Assembly (NCBI GenBank): GCA_963753225.1
Contig: CAVWBQ010000013.1
Location: 167,041-231,040, forward strand
Length of the DNA: 64,000 nt
Source: an uncultured Actinomycetota bacterium
GTDB taxonomy: Bacteria; Actinomycetota; Actinomycetes; Streptosporangiales; Streptosporangiaceae
Direction of reading: 5' to 3'
Under the pieces are notes generated by a model. That model was not told where the DNA came from and made no database searches. It saw only the letters and a list, made by a program, of their open reading frames with translations. The position numbers were made by a program, and so were the translations under genes. Shown one piece after another: positions 12,069-21,691 of this stretch (positions within the stretch are counted from its first letter, which is position 1; every line of letters begins with the position of its first letter).

Positions 12069-12138
12069 GCTCCTGGTCCTGAGCTCCTGGTCCTGAGCTC
12101 CTGGTCCTGAGCTCCTGGTCCTGAGCTCCTGGTCCTGA
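12069..12138. repeat. perfect 14-bp tandem repeat x5 (gctcctggtcctga)
   Basis: Five identical, contiguous copies read directly from the sequence. The array lies 21 nt upstream of the LLM start codon, in the divergent LLM/MarR intergenic region. Confidence 0.95.
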
Positions 12139-12142
12139 AATT

Positions 12143-12181
12143 CGTTAGCCGGGTAACGAGTTTACCATGAGCCGGCTAACG
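12143..12181. promoter_or_regulatory. 10-bp perfect inverted repeat (cgttagccgg N19 ccggctaacg); candidate MarR operator
   Basis: Arms at 12143-12152 and 12172-12181, ending 29 nt upstream of the MarR start codon. Confidence 0.45.
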
Positions 12182-12209
12182 TATTTTCGGGCCGTACGCT
12201 AAAGCTGCC

Positions 12210-12677
12210 ATGTCCGAGAAAATGAGTGCTGACCAGCCAGCACATGCAGACGATCAGCCGGCGCCCGACTTCCAGACGGCGTTCTGGTCGACCAAGCACG
12301 CACTGTCGATGGCGACCGCGACGGCCTTCTCGCGGCACGGCGTGCACGAGGGCCAGCAGTTCATCCTGCGCCAGCTGTGGGCCGAAGACGGGCAGACGCC
12401 GGGTGAGATCGCCCGGCGACTCGGGCTGGCCACCCCGACCGTGACCAGGGCCGCCACCCGGATGGAGGCGGCTGGCCTGCTGCGCCGAGAGCCGCACCCG
12501 GGTGACCGCCGACTCGTCCGGCTGCTGCTTACCGAGCGCGGGCGCTCGCTGGATGGCGTGATCGCGGCCGAGACGGACAAGCTCACCGAGCGGGCGCTGG
12601 CCACCTTCGGCCCCGCCGAGCGCGAGGCGGTGATCAGGGCGCTCACCGCCATCCGGCGCAACCTCACCGGACCCTGA
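12210..12677 (+). CDS. MarR-family transcriptional regulator
   Basis: 155 aa: HEGQQFILRQLWAEDGQTPGEIARRLGLATPTVTRAATRMEAAGLLRREPHPGDRRLVRLLLTERG. Confidence 0.9.
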   Translation: MSEKMSADQPAHADDQPAPDFQTAFWSTKHALSMATATAFSRHGVHEGQQFILRQLWAEDGQTPGEIARRLGLATPTVTRAATRMEAAGLLRREPHPGDRRLVRLLLTERGRSLDGVIAAETDKLTERALATFGPAEREAVIRALTAIRRNLTGP

Positions 12678-12751
12678 AGACGGTCACTGCGGTTTAGCCC
12701 GGTTTATCGGGGGGAGTCGGGGTGCTGTTCCGACACCTCACGGAGGTCATT

Positions 12752-13456
12752 ATGTCGACCGGAGCAGTAATAGGAATCGTCATCGCCGTCATCGTCGTGG
12801 TGGCGGTCGTAGTCGTGGCCTCGGCTGAGATGCGGCGGGCGAGGCTGCGCCGCCAGTTCGGGCCGGAGTACGACCGCCTGGTCGAGAAACTGGGCAGCAG
12901 GAGGAAGGCCGACGCCGAGCTGGCCGAACGCCAGCGGCGCGTGCAGGCACTCCCCATCCGCGAGCTCTCACCGGAGCAGCGGGCCAGCTACAGCGGCGAC
13001 TGGGCCGCGGTGCAGGAGCGGTTCGTGGATACCCCGGCCGAGGCCGTGGGCGCCGCGCACGCGCTCATCTGGAACGTTATGCGCGACCGCGGCTACCCAG
13101 CCGATGACAAGACCACCAGCATGGACGCCCTGACCGTGTACCACGGCCGCTCGCTCGAGGGCTACAGGAAGGTGCAGGACCTGCGAGCCGATTCGGCGAG
13201 CACCGAGCAGCTCAGGGAAGCCATGATTCACTACCGCGCGCTGTTCGAGGACCTGACCGGCCTGCGGGAGGCTCACGGCGAGCCCGCGCGCGATCGCGTC
13301 GCGGAAATCCGTGGCCGCGCGCCCGTTACTGCCGAGCCCGTCACGGCCGAGCCCGTCACGGCCGAGGGCTCCCCGGCCGATGAGCGGGACCTGGCCGCGC
13401 GAGACGACGAGCTAGCCGCGGAGAACGCCAGCCGGACCACGTACCCGCCCCGGTAG
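12752..13456 (+). CDS. membrane-anchored hypothetical protein (paralogous domain shared with 14223..14585)
   Basis: ATG 12752 is preceded by GGAGG. There is one N-terminal TM helix (AVIGIVIAVIVVVAVVVVA). The conserved block is W..VQERFVDTP..AV..A and TEQLREAMIHYRALFEDL. The C-terminus has a VTAEP x3 repeat. Confidence 0.6.
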   Translation: MSTGAVIGIVIAVIVVVAVVVVASAEMRRARLRRQFGPEYDRLVEKLGSRRKADAELAERQRRVQALPIRELSPEQRASYSGDWAAVQERFVDTPAEAVGAAHALIWNVMRDRGYPADDKTTSMDALTVYHGRSLEGYRKVQDLRADSASTEQLREAMIHYRALFEDLTGLREAHGEPARDRVAEIRGRAPVTAEPVTAEPVTAEGSPADERDLAARDDELAAENASRTTYPPR

Positions 13457-13489
13457 CCACGCCCACACCTTTAAGCACTCACGGGAGAG

Positions 13490-14585
13490 ATGATTGCTAT
13501 GACCCAGGACCAGTACGGCCAGGCGAGGGGACCCGGCTACGTCGTACGCGGCGACGTCGTCCCAGAAGCCGAGACCGAGGACACCCGTACCGGGGAACCC
13601 AAGCCGATGACCCGCTTCCAGAAGGTGGCCTCGGCGCTGCGCGGGGGCTCCGAGGCGGATGAGCAGGACCAGGCCGCCGCGGACCGGGCATCTACGGACC
13701 GGACGGCCGCGGATGCCCGGGCGGCGGACGCTCAGCCGGCCGACCCGGCGGTCTCCGAGTCCAGCCCGCCGTGGGTAAACGGGCAGGACGAGGCGGCCAT
13801 GGCCGGAAGCCCGATCTCCCGGGAGTCGGCCGCCAAGCGCGACTACTGGGATGACGCCGACGCGGCCGGGCACGAAGACGCGGTCGCGGTGACCAGCCCC
13901 GACACCCCCGCGGATCACCAGGCGACCGAGCCCGACATGTTCGGTACCACCAGGCGCACAGGCGAGGAAACCGCCGAGATGCCCGCTGCGACTGCGGAGG
14001 ATCAGCCCGGCGCCGCGACCATCGCGGACGTCCCGGCCGCCCGTACCCCCGTAGGCGAGGCCCCGGTAAACGAGACCCCGGCCCGCGACATGCCCGCCCC
14101 GGCCGGCGACGTGCCGGCTTCGGCCGGCGACGTGCCGGCCCAGGCTGCCGAGGCGACCGGGAGCACCGGGCGGCACGCCGCGGCCACTCCGGCGGCCGGC
14201 CCCGCCGGCCGATGGCGAGCTGCGGCCCGGCGAGGCGACCGCGAAGCTGGGTGACTTCAGCGATCTCACGTACGGGAACCTGGTCCCGGATGCGGCGCAC
14301 TACACCGAGCAGTGGCAGCAGATCCAGTTCAGGTTCGTGGACGACCCGCATGGCTCCGTAACCGAGGCCGCCGACGTCATCGCTCAGGTCACCGCCAAGA
14401 TGGAGGCGGCCATCCAGGAGCGGCAGCGGGCCATCGAGGAACGGCAGCGCGCCATCGCCGAGCAGCAGCGCACGCTGCGCGACCGGTGGGGCGAGGGCAG
14501 CAACGCCGACACCGAGGCGCTGCGTGCGACGCTGCGGATGTATAAAACCTTCCTCGACCAGCTCATCGGCCCCCGGGCCAGTTGA
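13490..14585 (+). pseudogene. acidic low-complexity protein whose C-terminal conserved domain is in a different frame (apparent +1 frameshift near 14190-14215)
   Basis: Frame A (13490..14254) encodes an Asp/Ala/Pro-rich region. Frame B is open from before 14200 to 14585 and encodes ...DGELRPGEATAKLGDFSDLTYGNLVPDAAHYTEQWQQIQFRFVDDP...TEALRATLRMYKTFLDQLIG, paralogous to 12752..13456. Frame B has no ATG/GTG/TTG upstream of 14337. Confidence 0.5.
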
Positions 14586-14586
14586 G

Positions 14587-17500
14587 CTAGCTGACGCAGG
14601 CCGGTCCGAGTAGCTGCTTCAGGTCGCCGATCAGGGCGGGTGAGGTGGCTACTCGGAGCTTGTCGTCGAGCCGGACCAGCGTGGTGCGCTCCTGGCCGCG
14701 CAGCTTGAGGTGCACCTCCGTCGGGCCCGGATGGGTCACCAGCACCTCGCGGAGCCGCTCCACCACCGGCGGCACGCACCTGGCCACCGGCATTGATACC
14801 ACGAACGGGCCGGAGTCGTCGAGCGACAGGTCCGGGATGGTCAGGTCCATGGCGATCAGCTTGGGCACGTCATCCCGCCGGTCCATCTTGCCCTTCACCA
14901 CCACCACCGCGTCCTCGGCGATCGAGGTGGCGTATAGCTGGTAGGTCTGCGGGAAGAACAGCACCTCGATGGCGCCACCCAGGTCTTCGAGGGTGGCCGC
15001 GGCCCACTGGTTGCCCTGCTTGGTCACCTTGCGCTGCACCCCGGACAGGATGCCGCCGATCTTGACGATCTGCGCGTCTGACCGGTCGCCTGCCCGCGGC
15101 CGCGGCTCGGCCTCGTCGGTCATCAGGTCGGCCAGCGAGCAGTCGCTCTCCCTGGCGATGATGTGCTCGATGCCGAACAGCGGATGGTCGGAGACGTAGA
15201 GCCCGAGCATCTCGCGCTCGAAGTTGAGCAGGGTGGACTTGTCCCACTCCCCCGCCGGGACGGGCACGTCGAAGACCGCCTCCGACTCGGTGTCGCCGCC
15301 GAACAGCGAGTCCTGCCCGATCGCCTCGTTGCGCTTGATGTCGATCACCGCGTCGACGGCCAGCTCGTGCACCAGCACCAGGCCCTTGCGCGCGTCCTGG
15401 AACGAGTCGAAGGCGCCCGCCTTGATCAGCGACTCGATCACCCGCTTGTTGCACACGACGAGGGGGACCTTACGCAGGAAGTCGGAGAACCCGGTGAACT
15501 CGCCCTTGGACTTGCGGGCCGTGATGATCGCCTCCACCACGTTGCCGCCCACGTTGCGGATCGCCGCCAGGCCGAACCTGATGTCCGTCCCTACCGGGGC
15601 GAAGGTCGCCACCGACTCGTTGACGTCGGGCGGCAGCACCTTGATGCCCATCCGCCGGCACTCGCTCAGGTAGAGCGCCGACTTGTCCTTATCGTCGGCG
15701 ACGGAGGTGAGCAGCGCGGCCATGTACTCCGCGGGGTAGTTCGCCTTCAGGTAGGCGGTCCAGTACGACACCAGGCCGTACGCGGCCGAGTGCGCCTTGT
15801 TGAAGGCGTAGCCCGCGAACGGGACCAGCACGTCCCAGACCGCCTGGATCGCCTTGTCGGAGTAGCCGCGCTCCCGGCAGCCCTGCCGGAACGGGACGAA
15901 CTCCTTGTCCAGGATCTCCTTCTTCTTCTTGCCCATGGCGCGGCGGAGCAGGTCCGCTTGTCCGAGCGTGTAGCCGGCCAGGATCTGGGCGGCCTTCTGC
16001 ACCTGCTCCTGGTAGACGATCAGGCCGTAGGTCGGCTCGAGCACCTCGCGCAGCGGCGCCTCGAGCTCAGGGTGGATGGGCGTGATCTCCTGCAGCCCGT
16101 TCTTGCGCAGCGCGTAGTTTGTGTGGGAGTTCACGCCCATCGGGCCCGGCCGGTACAGGGCGCCGACGGCGGAGATGTCCTCGAAGTTGTCCGGCTTCAT
16201 CGTCCGCAGCAGCGTGCGCATGGGCCCGCCGTCGAACTGGAACACGCCGAGGGTGTCACCGCGGGACAGCAGGTCATAGGTCGGCTGGTCGTCGAGCGGC
16301 AGGCTCAGCAGGTCGATCGAGATGTTCCTGTTCTTCTCGATCGCCACGATCGAGTCGGCCATGATCGTGAGGTTGCGCAGGCCGAGGAAGTCCATCTTCA
16401 GCAGCCCGAGGCCCTCGCAGGTCGGGTAGTCGAATTGCGTGATCACCGCGCCGTCGGCATGCCGGGTCCAGACGGGGATGTGATCGGTCAGCGGCTCCGC
16501 CGACATGATCACTCCGGCCGCGTGCACGCCGGGCTGGCGGATCAGCCCCTCGATCCCCCGGGCGGTATCGATGACCTGCTTGATCTCCGCTTCGGCCTCG
16601 TAGAGCGAACGGAGCTCACCGGCTTCCTTGTACCGGGGATGGGTCTCGTCGAAGATCCCGGAGAGCGAGATGTCCTTGCCCATCACGGCCGGCGGGAAGG
16701 CCTTGGTGACCCGGTCGCCGAGCGCGTAGGGGAAGCCGAGCACCCGGCAGGAGTCCTTGATCGCGGCCTTGGCCTTGATCGTGCCGTAGGTGACGATCTG
16801 CGCGACCCGGTCCGAACCCCACTTCTGGGTCACGTACCTGATCACGTCGGCCCGGCCACGTTCGTCGAAGTCGATGTCGATGTCGGGCATGGACACGCGC
16901 TCGGGGTTGAGGAAGCGCTCGAAGATCAGGCCGTGGTCCAGCGGGTCCAGGTCGGTGATGCCCATCGCGTAGGCGACGATCGAGCCGGCCGCCGAGCCGC
17001 GGCCGGGGCCCACAGCGACGCCGTTGTTCTTGGCCCACATGATGAAGTCCGCGACCACCAGGAAGTAGGCGGGAAAGCCCATCTGGCAGATGATCTGGAT
17101 CTCATACTCGGCCTGCTGGCGCCGCTGCTCGTCGTACCCCTGCGGGTAGCGCCGGTCCATGCCCTTCCACACCTCGGCGCGGAACAGGTCATCCTCGGAC
17201 TCGAAACCGTCGGGGATGGGGAACCTGGGCATCAGGTTGCGGGACTCGAACATGCCGCTGGCGTCGACCCGGTCGGCGATCAGCAACTGGCTATTGCGAC
17301 ACCCCTCCTGCCAGTAGTCGCCGCCGTCGATGCCGTACATCGCGGCCGCGGGCTTGATGAAGTAGCCGCCGCCCTCGAGCCGGAACCTGTCGGCGTCGGC
17401 CAGGGTCTTGCCGGTCTGGATGCACAGCAGGGTGTCGTGGCTGGTGGCGTCCTGCTCACGGGTGTAATGCGAGTCGTTGGTCACGACCGGCGGGATGCTG

Positions 17501-18144
17501 AGTTTCCTGCCGATCTCGAGCAGGCCGTCGCGGACCCTGCGCTCGATGTCCAGGCCGTGCTCCATCAGCTCGAGGAAGTAGTTCTCCTTGCCGAAGATGT
17601 CCTGCCATTCGGCCGCCCCCCTGAGCGCCTCGTCGAACTGGCCGAGCCGCAGCCTGGTCTGCAGCTCGCCCGACGGGCACCCGGTGGAGGCCATCAGCCC
17701 TGAGGCGTGCGCCGCGATGATCTCCTTGTCCATCCGCGGCCACTTGACCAGCCAGCCTTCGGCGTACGAACGGGAGGAGAGCTTGAACAGGTTGTGCAGG
17801 CCCTGCTTGTCCCTGGCCCAGATGGTCTTGTGCAGGTAGGCCCCGGAGGCGGAGACGTCGTCTTTCTTCTGGTGCGGCTGGCCCCACAGGACGCGGTTGG
17901 TATTGCTCCTGGACTCGGGCGCGACGTAGGCCTCGATCCCGATCACCGGCGTGACGCCGGCCTCCTTCGCGTGCCGGTGGAACTCCGCGGCGGCGAACAT
18001 GTTGCCGTGGTCGGTCATCGCCACGTGCGTCATGCCCTGGCTCTTGACCTCCTCGAACAGGTCCTTCAGCCGGGCGGCGCCGTCCAGCATGGAGTACTCG
18101 GTGTGCACGTGCAGGTGAGCGAACGGCGCACCGGACTCTGCCAT
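14587..18144 (-). CDS. dnaE: DNA polymerase III alpha subunit (DnaE1)
   Basis: 1185 aa from MAESGAPFAHLHVHTEYSMLDGA (PHP domain) through polymerase core motifs to an OB-fold C-terminus. The internal ATG at 18144 is chosen over the track start at 18210. Confidence 0.97.
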   Translation of the reverse strand: MAESGAPFAHLHVHTEYSMLDGAARLKDLFEEVKSQGMTHVAMTDHGNMFAAAEFHRHAKEAGVTPVIGIEAYVAPESRSNTNRVLWGQPHQKKDDVSASGAYLHKTIWARDKQGLHNLFKLSSRSYAEGWLVKWPRMDKEIIAAHASGLMASTGCPSGELQTRLRLGQFDEALRGAAEWQDIFGKENYFLELMEHGLDIERRVRDGLLEIGRKLSIPPVVTNDSHYTREQDATSHDTLLCIQTGKTLADADRFRLEGGGYFIKPAAAMYGIDGGDYWQEGCRNSQLLIADRVDASGMFESRNLMPRFPIPDGFESEDDLFRAEVWKGMDRRYPQGYDEQRRQQAEYEIQIICQMGFPAYFLVVADFIMWAKNNGVAVGPGRGSAAGSIVAYAMGITDLDPLDHGLIFERFLNPERVSMPDIDIDFDERGRADVIRYVTQKWGSDRVAQIVTYGTIKAKAAIKDSCRVLGFPYALGDRVTKAFPPAVMGKDISLSGIFDETHPRYKEAGELRSLYEAEAEIKQVIDTARGIEGLIRQPGVHAAGVIMSAEPLTDHIPVWTRHADGAVITQFDYPTCEGLGLLKMDFLGLRNLTIMADSIVAIEKNRNISIDLLSLPLDDQPTYDLLSRGDTLGVFQFDGGPMRTLLRTMKPDNFEDISAVGALYRPGPMGVNSHTNYALRKNGLQEITPIHPELEAPLREVLEPTYGLIVYQEQVQKAAQILAGYTLGQADLLRRAMGKKKKEILDKEFVPFRQGCRERGYSDKAIQAVWDVLVPFAGYAFNKAHSAAYGLVSYWTAYLKANYPAEYMAALLTSVADDKDKSALYLSECRRMGIKVLPPDVNESVATFAPVGTDIRFGLAAIRNVGGNVVEAIITARKSKGEFTGFSDFLRKVPLVVCNKRVIESLIKAGAFDSFQDARKGLVLVHELAVDAVIDIKRNEAIGQDSLFGGDTESEAVFDVPVPAGEWDKSTLLNFEREMLGLYVSDHPLFGIEHIIARESDCSLADLMTDEAEPRPRAGDRSDAQIVKIGGILSGVQRKVTKQGNQWAAATLEDLGGAIEVLFFPQTYQLYATSIAEDAVVVVKGKMDRRDDVPKLIAMDLTIPDLSLDDSGPFVVSMPVARCVPPVVERLREVLVTHPGPTEVHLKLRGQERTTLVRLDDKLRVATSPALIGDLKQLLGPACVS

Positions 18145-18261
18145 GACGTCCCGCCTCCTCAGCGCTTGCCCCGATTTGGGCATGCTCGAAACCGCACGTG
18201 ACCCTGCCAAACTCGCGGGCCTGCGCGTTTAGTCATCAACCGGTGTTCACCACCTTAACGG

Positions 18262-18284
18262 AGACCGGCCTTTCCCGCCGGTCT
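18262..18284 (-). terminator. 8-bp GC stem-loop just downstream of the HNH gene stop
   Basis: agaccggc / ctttccc / gccggtct. No U-tract, so it would be an I-shaped terminator at best. Confidence 0.25.
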
Positions 18285-18299
18285 GGCGCGCCGACCGGG

Positions 18300-19970
18300 T
18301 CACACCTGAATCGGGACCAGGACCGGGGCGAAGCGCCTGGGCGTGCGGGCCTCGTACTGGCGGATCCGTTCGGGCCAGTCTTCGGGTTCGTAGATGGTGA
18401 CGCGGCCCCGGCTGGCGGGATCGACATCCTGGTGCTGCTCACGTTCTTCCCCGGTCCTGGCGTTGGCCAGGCAGACGTAGATGGCGTGGTCCAGGTCGAG
18501 GCGCTCGCCGTACCAGGGCGGGATGATCGTCTCACCGGTGATGTCCGCGTCGTGGGTTTCCCCGATACTGCCGCCGGGTTCGGGCAGGGGCGGGCTGGAC
18601 GGGACCGGGGTGCCGTCCGGGCGGTAGAACGCGAAGTCCCCGCCGCCGCCCGGTGGTGCGGCGATGAGGTAGCCGCGGTCGTGGACCGCCTTGTGGTGCC
18701 AGGGGCACAAGCTGACCAGGTTGGCCAGGTCGGTGCGGCCGCCGTTGACCCAGTGCTGGATGTGGTGCAGGTCGACCCGGCGGGACTCGCAGCCCGGGAA
18801 CCGGCACCGGCAGCCGTCGCGCTCGCGGGCGGCGCGGCGGATCGCGGCGCTGGGACGGCGCCGGCGCCGCCCCAGGGCCAGCACCGCGCCGCCGTCACCG
18901 TGGGTCATCCAGGACAGCGCGGCGCCGCAGCCGAGCAGCTGCGCGGTGGAGATGCTGACCGCCGGGCCGTCCTCGACGTGGCACCGGCCCGGGTCCGCCG
19001 GATCACCGGGAACCCGCGGGGCCGGGGACGTTTCCGCGGAAACGCCGGCGGGCCCCGCGGCCTGGGCCGGGGGCTCGGTGAGCACGCCGGTGCCGGCGTG
19101 GACCACGACCTGGTACACCTCCGCGTCATCCGCGCCGGCCACCTGGCCGGCCAGGAACGACTCCGCGATGGCCACCAGGCCATCCGCCAGGTCCGAAGAG
19201 GTACCGACCGCCGGGGCGTCCCCGGCGGGGGCGTCCCCGGCCGGGGCGTCCGCGGCGGGCGGGTCCGCGGCCGGCGTTTCCGCGGCGGCGGGCGTTTCCG
19301 CGGAAACGTCTCGGCCCGGGCCGGCGAGGTCGGCGCAGGCCGCGCGCAGCGCCTTGAGCAGCACCGCGCCGGCCAGCGGCGGCAGCCGGAACGTACCGGA
19401 CAGGGAGCCGTCCTCCTCGAACCGCCAGGCCAGCCGGCGGCGGATGCGGGCGTCCGCGTCATCGGCGGCGGTGACCTGGCGGTGCGCCCGGGCGAACCGC
19501 TCCAGCTGGTTCCCCGTCATCGGCCCGGCGATCTCGGCCAGCCCCGCCTCGTTCGCCGCGGTGGCGATCCGGGTCAGCGCCCGGACCTTGGCATACGACA
19601 GCCGGGCCGCGGCGAACCGGGCCCGGATCACCGGCAGGTCCCGCAGCGCCCGCGCCACCCGGACATGCTCCCGGGCGGTACCGGAGGACATCTGGCACTT
19701 CCACGACAGCCACTGCGCGCAGCTGTTCATCTCCCAGCTGGCCCAGCCCCGGCGGGCGTCGAAATCACCCAGCAGGACCAGGAACCGGCACGTCGCCGCG
19801 GCCAGGTGCCCGGCCAGCTCGCAGATCTGCGCCTCCAGCCGCTCCAGCGGCACCCCGGCCGGCTCAGCCGGGGACGCCGCGGCGTCGGCCGGCGGCGAGA
19901 CGGCGGCGAAGATCGAGCCCGGCCTATCTATCTCGAACATGTATTCAATGCTAGCGCGAGGGTCTGACAT
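18300..19970 (-). CDS. DUF222-type (13E12-repeat-like) HNH endonuclease
   Basis: 556 aa. N-terminus: LEAQICELAGHLAAATCRFLVLLGDFDARRGW...CAQWLSWKC..S..TAREHVRVARAL..LP. C-terminus: RDGCRCRFPGCESRRVDLHHIQHWVNGGRTDLANLVSLCPWHHKAVH (HNH). An alternative start is MFEIDRP at 19940. Confidence 0.88.
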   Translation of the reverse strand: MSDPRASIEYMFEIDRPGSIFAAVSPPADAAASPAEPAGVPLERLEAQICELAGHLAAATCRFLVLLGDFDARRGWASWEMNSCAQWLSWKCQMSSGTAREHVRVARALRDLPVIRARFAAARLSYAKVRALTRIATAANEAGLAEIAGPMTGNQLERFARAHRQVTAADDADARIRRRLAWRFEEDGSLSGTFRLPPLAGAVLLKALRAACADLAGPGRDVSAETPAAAETPAADPPAADAPAGDAPAGDAPAVGTSSDLADGLVAIAESFLAGQVAGADDAEVYQVVVHAGTGVLTEPPAQAAGPAGVSAETSPAPRVPGDPADPGRCHVEDGPAVSISTAQLLGCGAALSWMTHGDGGAVLALGRRRRRPSAAIRRAARERDGCRCRFPGCESRRVDLHHIQHWVNGGRTDLANLVSLCPWHHKAVHDRGYLIAAPPGGGGDFAFYRPDGTPVPSSPPLPEPGGSIGETHDADITGETIIPPWYGERLDLDHAIYVCLANARTGEEREQHQDVDPASRGRVTIYEPEDWPERIRQYEARTPRRFAPVLVPIQV

Positions 19971-19985
19971 TCCGGGGTGAGCCGG

Positions 19986-20756
19986 TCAGCCCCAGCGGAC
20001 GCGGACGCTGGCCTGCCAGGCGGAGAGCAGTCCGGGGTCGCCGGTAACGGTGACGCCAACCCGGTCGGCGTCGGCGCGGTTCCACAGGTACAGGTAGAGG
20101 CCGGAGGCGGGGCCGCTCACCGTGCACCCTGCCTCCTGCTCGCGGTCGGCATTGCGCCGCGGCTGCAGGCGGCCCTCGTTCGCCTCGACGAGCCAGGCGT
20201 CGCCGGTGTCCGCGGCCAGCATGTGCAGCCGCGTGCCGCCGGCGGCAGAGCCGGGCTGGTACTTGCGCCGCCGGCCGAACCCCATGATCAGCTCGTCGAT
20301 CCCGTCGGCGGCGAAGTCCGCCTCGTACTCGGGCGTCGCGCCGGCGGCGCTCTCCGCGTCGGCCCGGTGGATAGCGGTCTCGTGGGCCTGCCGCCGGGCC
20401 CAGAACGCCAGCGGGGACGGCGCGGCTATGAACGTCGCGCATTCCACCGCGGGATCGGCCGTGGCCAGGGTCTGCACGAGCGCCGCGTGGCCGTCCCGGA
20501 ACCAGGCGAGCAGCCGGTTGTCGTCCGCGCCGCCGCGCAGGATCTCCTCCTCGGGCGGACCGTCGAGGATCTGGTCCGGGCATTCGGTGATGTGCCTGGC
20601 GGCCCACCGGTGGACGTAGCCCGTGTGCCGCAGCAGGTCCTTGACCCGCCAGGGCGCGCACGGCGGGACGGAGGCGTCGAGCCCGGCCCGTTCGGCCGCA
20701 TCGGCCAGCCATTCGCCCTGGCGGCGCAGGGCGGCGATGTGCTCGGCGATTTCCAT
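19986..20756 (-). CDS. mycothiol-dependent maleylpyruvate-isomerase-family (DinB-like) protein
   Basis: 256 aa from MEIAEHIAALRRQGEWLADAAERAGLDASVPPCAPWRVKDLLRHTGYVHRWAA... ATG at 20756. The rest of the 640-aa track ORF is shadow over rluD/lspA. Confidence 0.75.
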   Translation of the reverse strand: MEIAEHIAALRRQGEWLADAAERAGLDASVPPCAPWRVKDLLRHTGYVHRWAARHITECPDQILDGPPEEEILRGGADDNRLLAWFRDGHAALVQTLATADPAVECATFIAAPSPLAFWARRQAHETAIHRADAESAAGATPEYEADFAADGIDELIMGFGRRRKYQPGSAAGGTRLHMLAADTGDAWLVEANEGRLQPRRNADREQEAGCTVSGPASGLYLYLWNRADADRVGVTVTGDPGLLSAWQASVRVRWG

Positions 20757-20761
20757 CGTGG

Positions 20762-21691
20762 TCAGCTTTCGGCTCGCAAGATATCCAGGGCGTGGGCCAG
20801 GTCGGCGGGGTATTCGCTGGTGAACGTGACCTCGCGGCCGTCGGCGGGGTGCGCGAACGTCAGGCTGACCGCGTGCAGCCATTGCCGGGTCAGCCCGAGC
20901 CTGGCCGCCAGCACCGGGTCGGCGCCGTAGAGCAGGTCGCCCACGCAGGGGTGCCGCAGTGCGGCCATGTGCACCCGGATCTGGTGGGTCCGGCCGGTCT
21001 CCAGGTGCACCGATACCAGGCTGGCGGCGCGGAACGCCTCCAGCGTGTCGTAGTGGGTCACGCTCGGGCGGCCGTCGCTGACCACGGCGAACCGGCCGTC
21101 GCCCGACGGATGCCTGCCGATCGGCGCGTCGACCGTGCCCCGCAGCGGGTCGGGATGCCCCTGCACCAGCGCGTGGTAGCGCTTGTCCACGGTGCGCTCG
21201 CGGAAGGCCCGCTTGAGCGCGCTGTAGGCCCGCTCGCTCTTGGCCACCACCATCACGCCGGTGGTATTGGCGTCCAGCCGGTGCACGACGCCCTGGCGCT
21301 CGGCGGCGCCGCTGGTCGCCACCGTGTGCCCGGCCGCGATCAGCCCGCCGGTGACGGTCGGCCCGGACCAGCCCGGCGTCGGGTGAGCGGCCACGCCGCG
21401 GGGTTTGTCGATCACCGCGATGTCGTCGTCCTCGTAGATGACGACGAGGCCCTCGACCGGCCGCGGGGGTTCGGCCGGCCGCGGCGGCGGCAGGGTGACC
21501 TGCAGCGGGTCTCCGGCCAGCACGCGGTCCGACTTCAACGCGGTCCGGCCGCCGAGGAGCACCAGGCCGTCGCCGATCAGTTCCGCCGCCCGGGACCTGG
21601 ACAGCCCGAACATCCTGGCCAGGGCGGCGTCGAGCCGCTCGCCGTCCAGGCCGTCGGGGACCGCGACCAGCCGCTCGCCGGGCGCCGTCAT
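20762..21691 (-). CDS. RluA/RluD-family 23S rRNA pseudouridine synthase
   Basis: 309 aa. It has an S4-like N-terminus ([23 protein letters not shown]) and catalytic [15 protein letters not shown], ...[12 protein letters not shown] 21691 overlaps the lspA stop (ATGA). Confidence 0.92.
   Translation of the reverse strand: MTAPGERLVAVPDGLDGERLDAALARMFGLSRSRAAELIGDGLVLLGGRTALKSDRVLAGDPLQVTLPPPRPAEPPRPVEGLVVIYEDDDIAVIDKPRGVAAHPTPGWSGPTVTGGLIAAGHTVATSGAAERQGVVHRLDANTTGVMVVAKSERAYSALKRAFRERTVDKRYHALVQGHPDPLRGTVDAPIGRHPSGDGRFAVVSDGRPSVTHYDTLEAFRAASLVSVHLETGRTHQIRVHMAALRHPCVGDLLYGADPVLAARLGLTRQWLHAVSLTFAHPADGREVTFTSEYPADLAHALDILRAES

Noticed and set aside
12069-12138. Possible CRISPR array
   Set aside because: The units are 14 bp and directly abutting, with no spacers. 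No cas genes are nearby. It is a simple tandem repeat.
15163-17703. 846-aa plus-strand ORF opposite dnaE
   Set aside because: Shadow ORF antisense to an unambiguous DnaE.
19933-19948. LexA/SOS box at the HNH gene start
   Set aside because: Only one half-site (TCGAAC) is perfect. The other (ATTCAA against GTTCGA) matches 4 of 6. It is mentioned under the HNH finding but not called as a feature.
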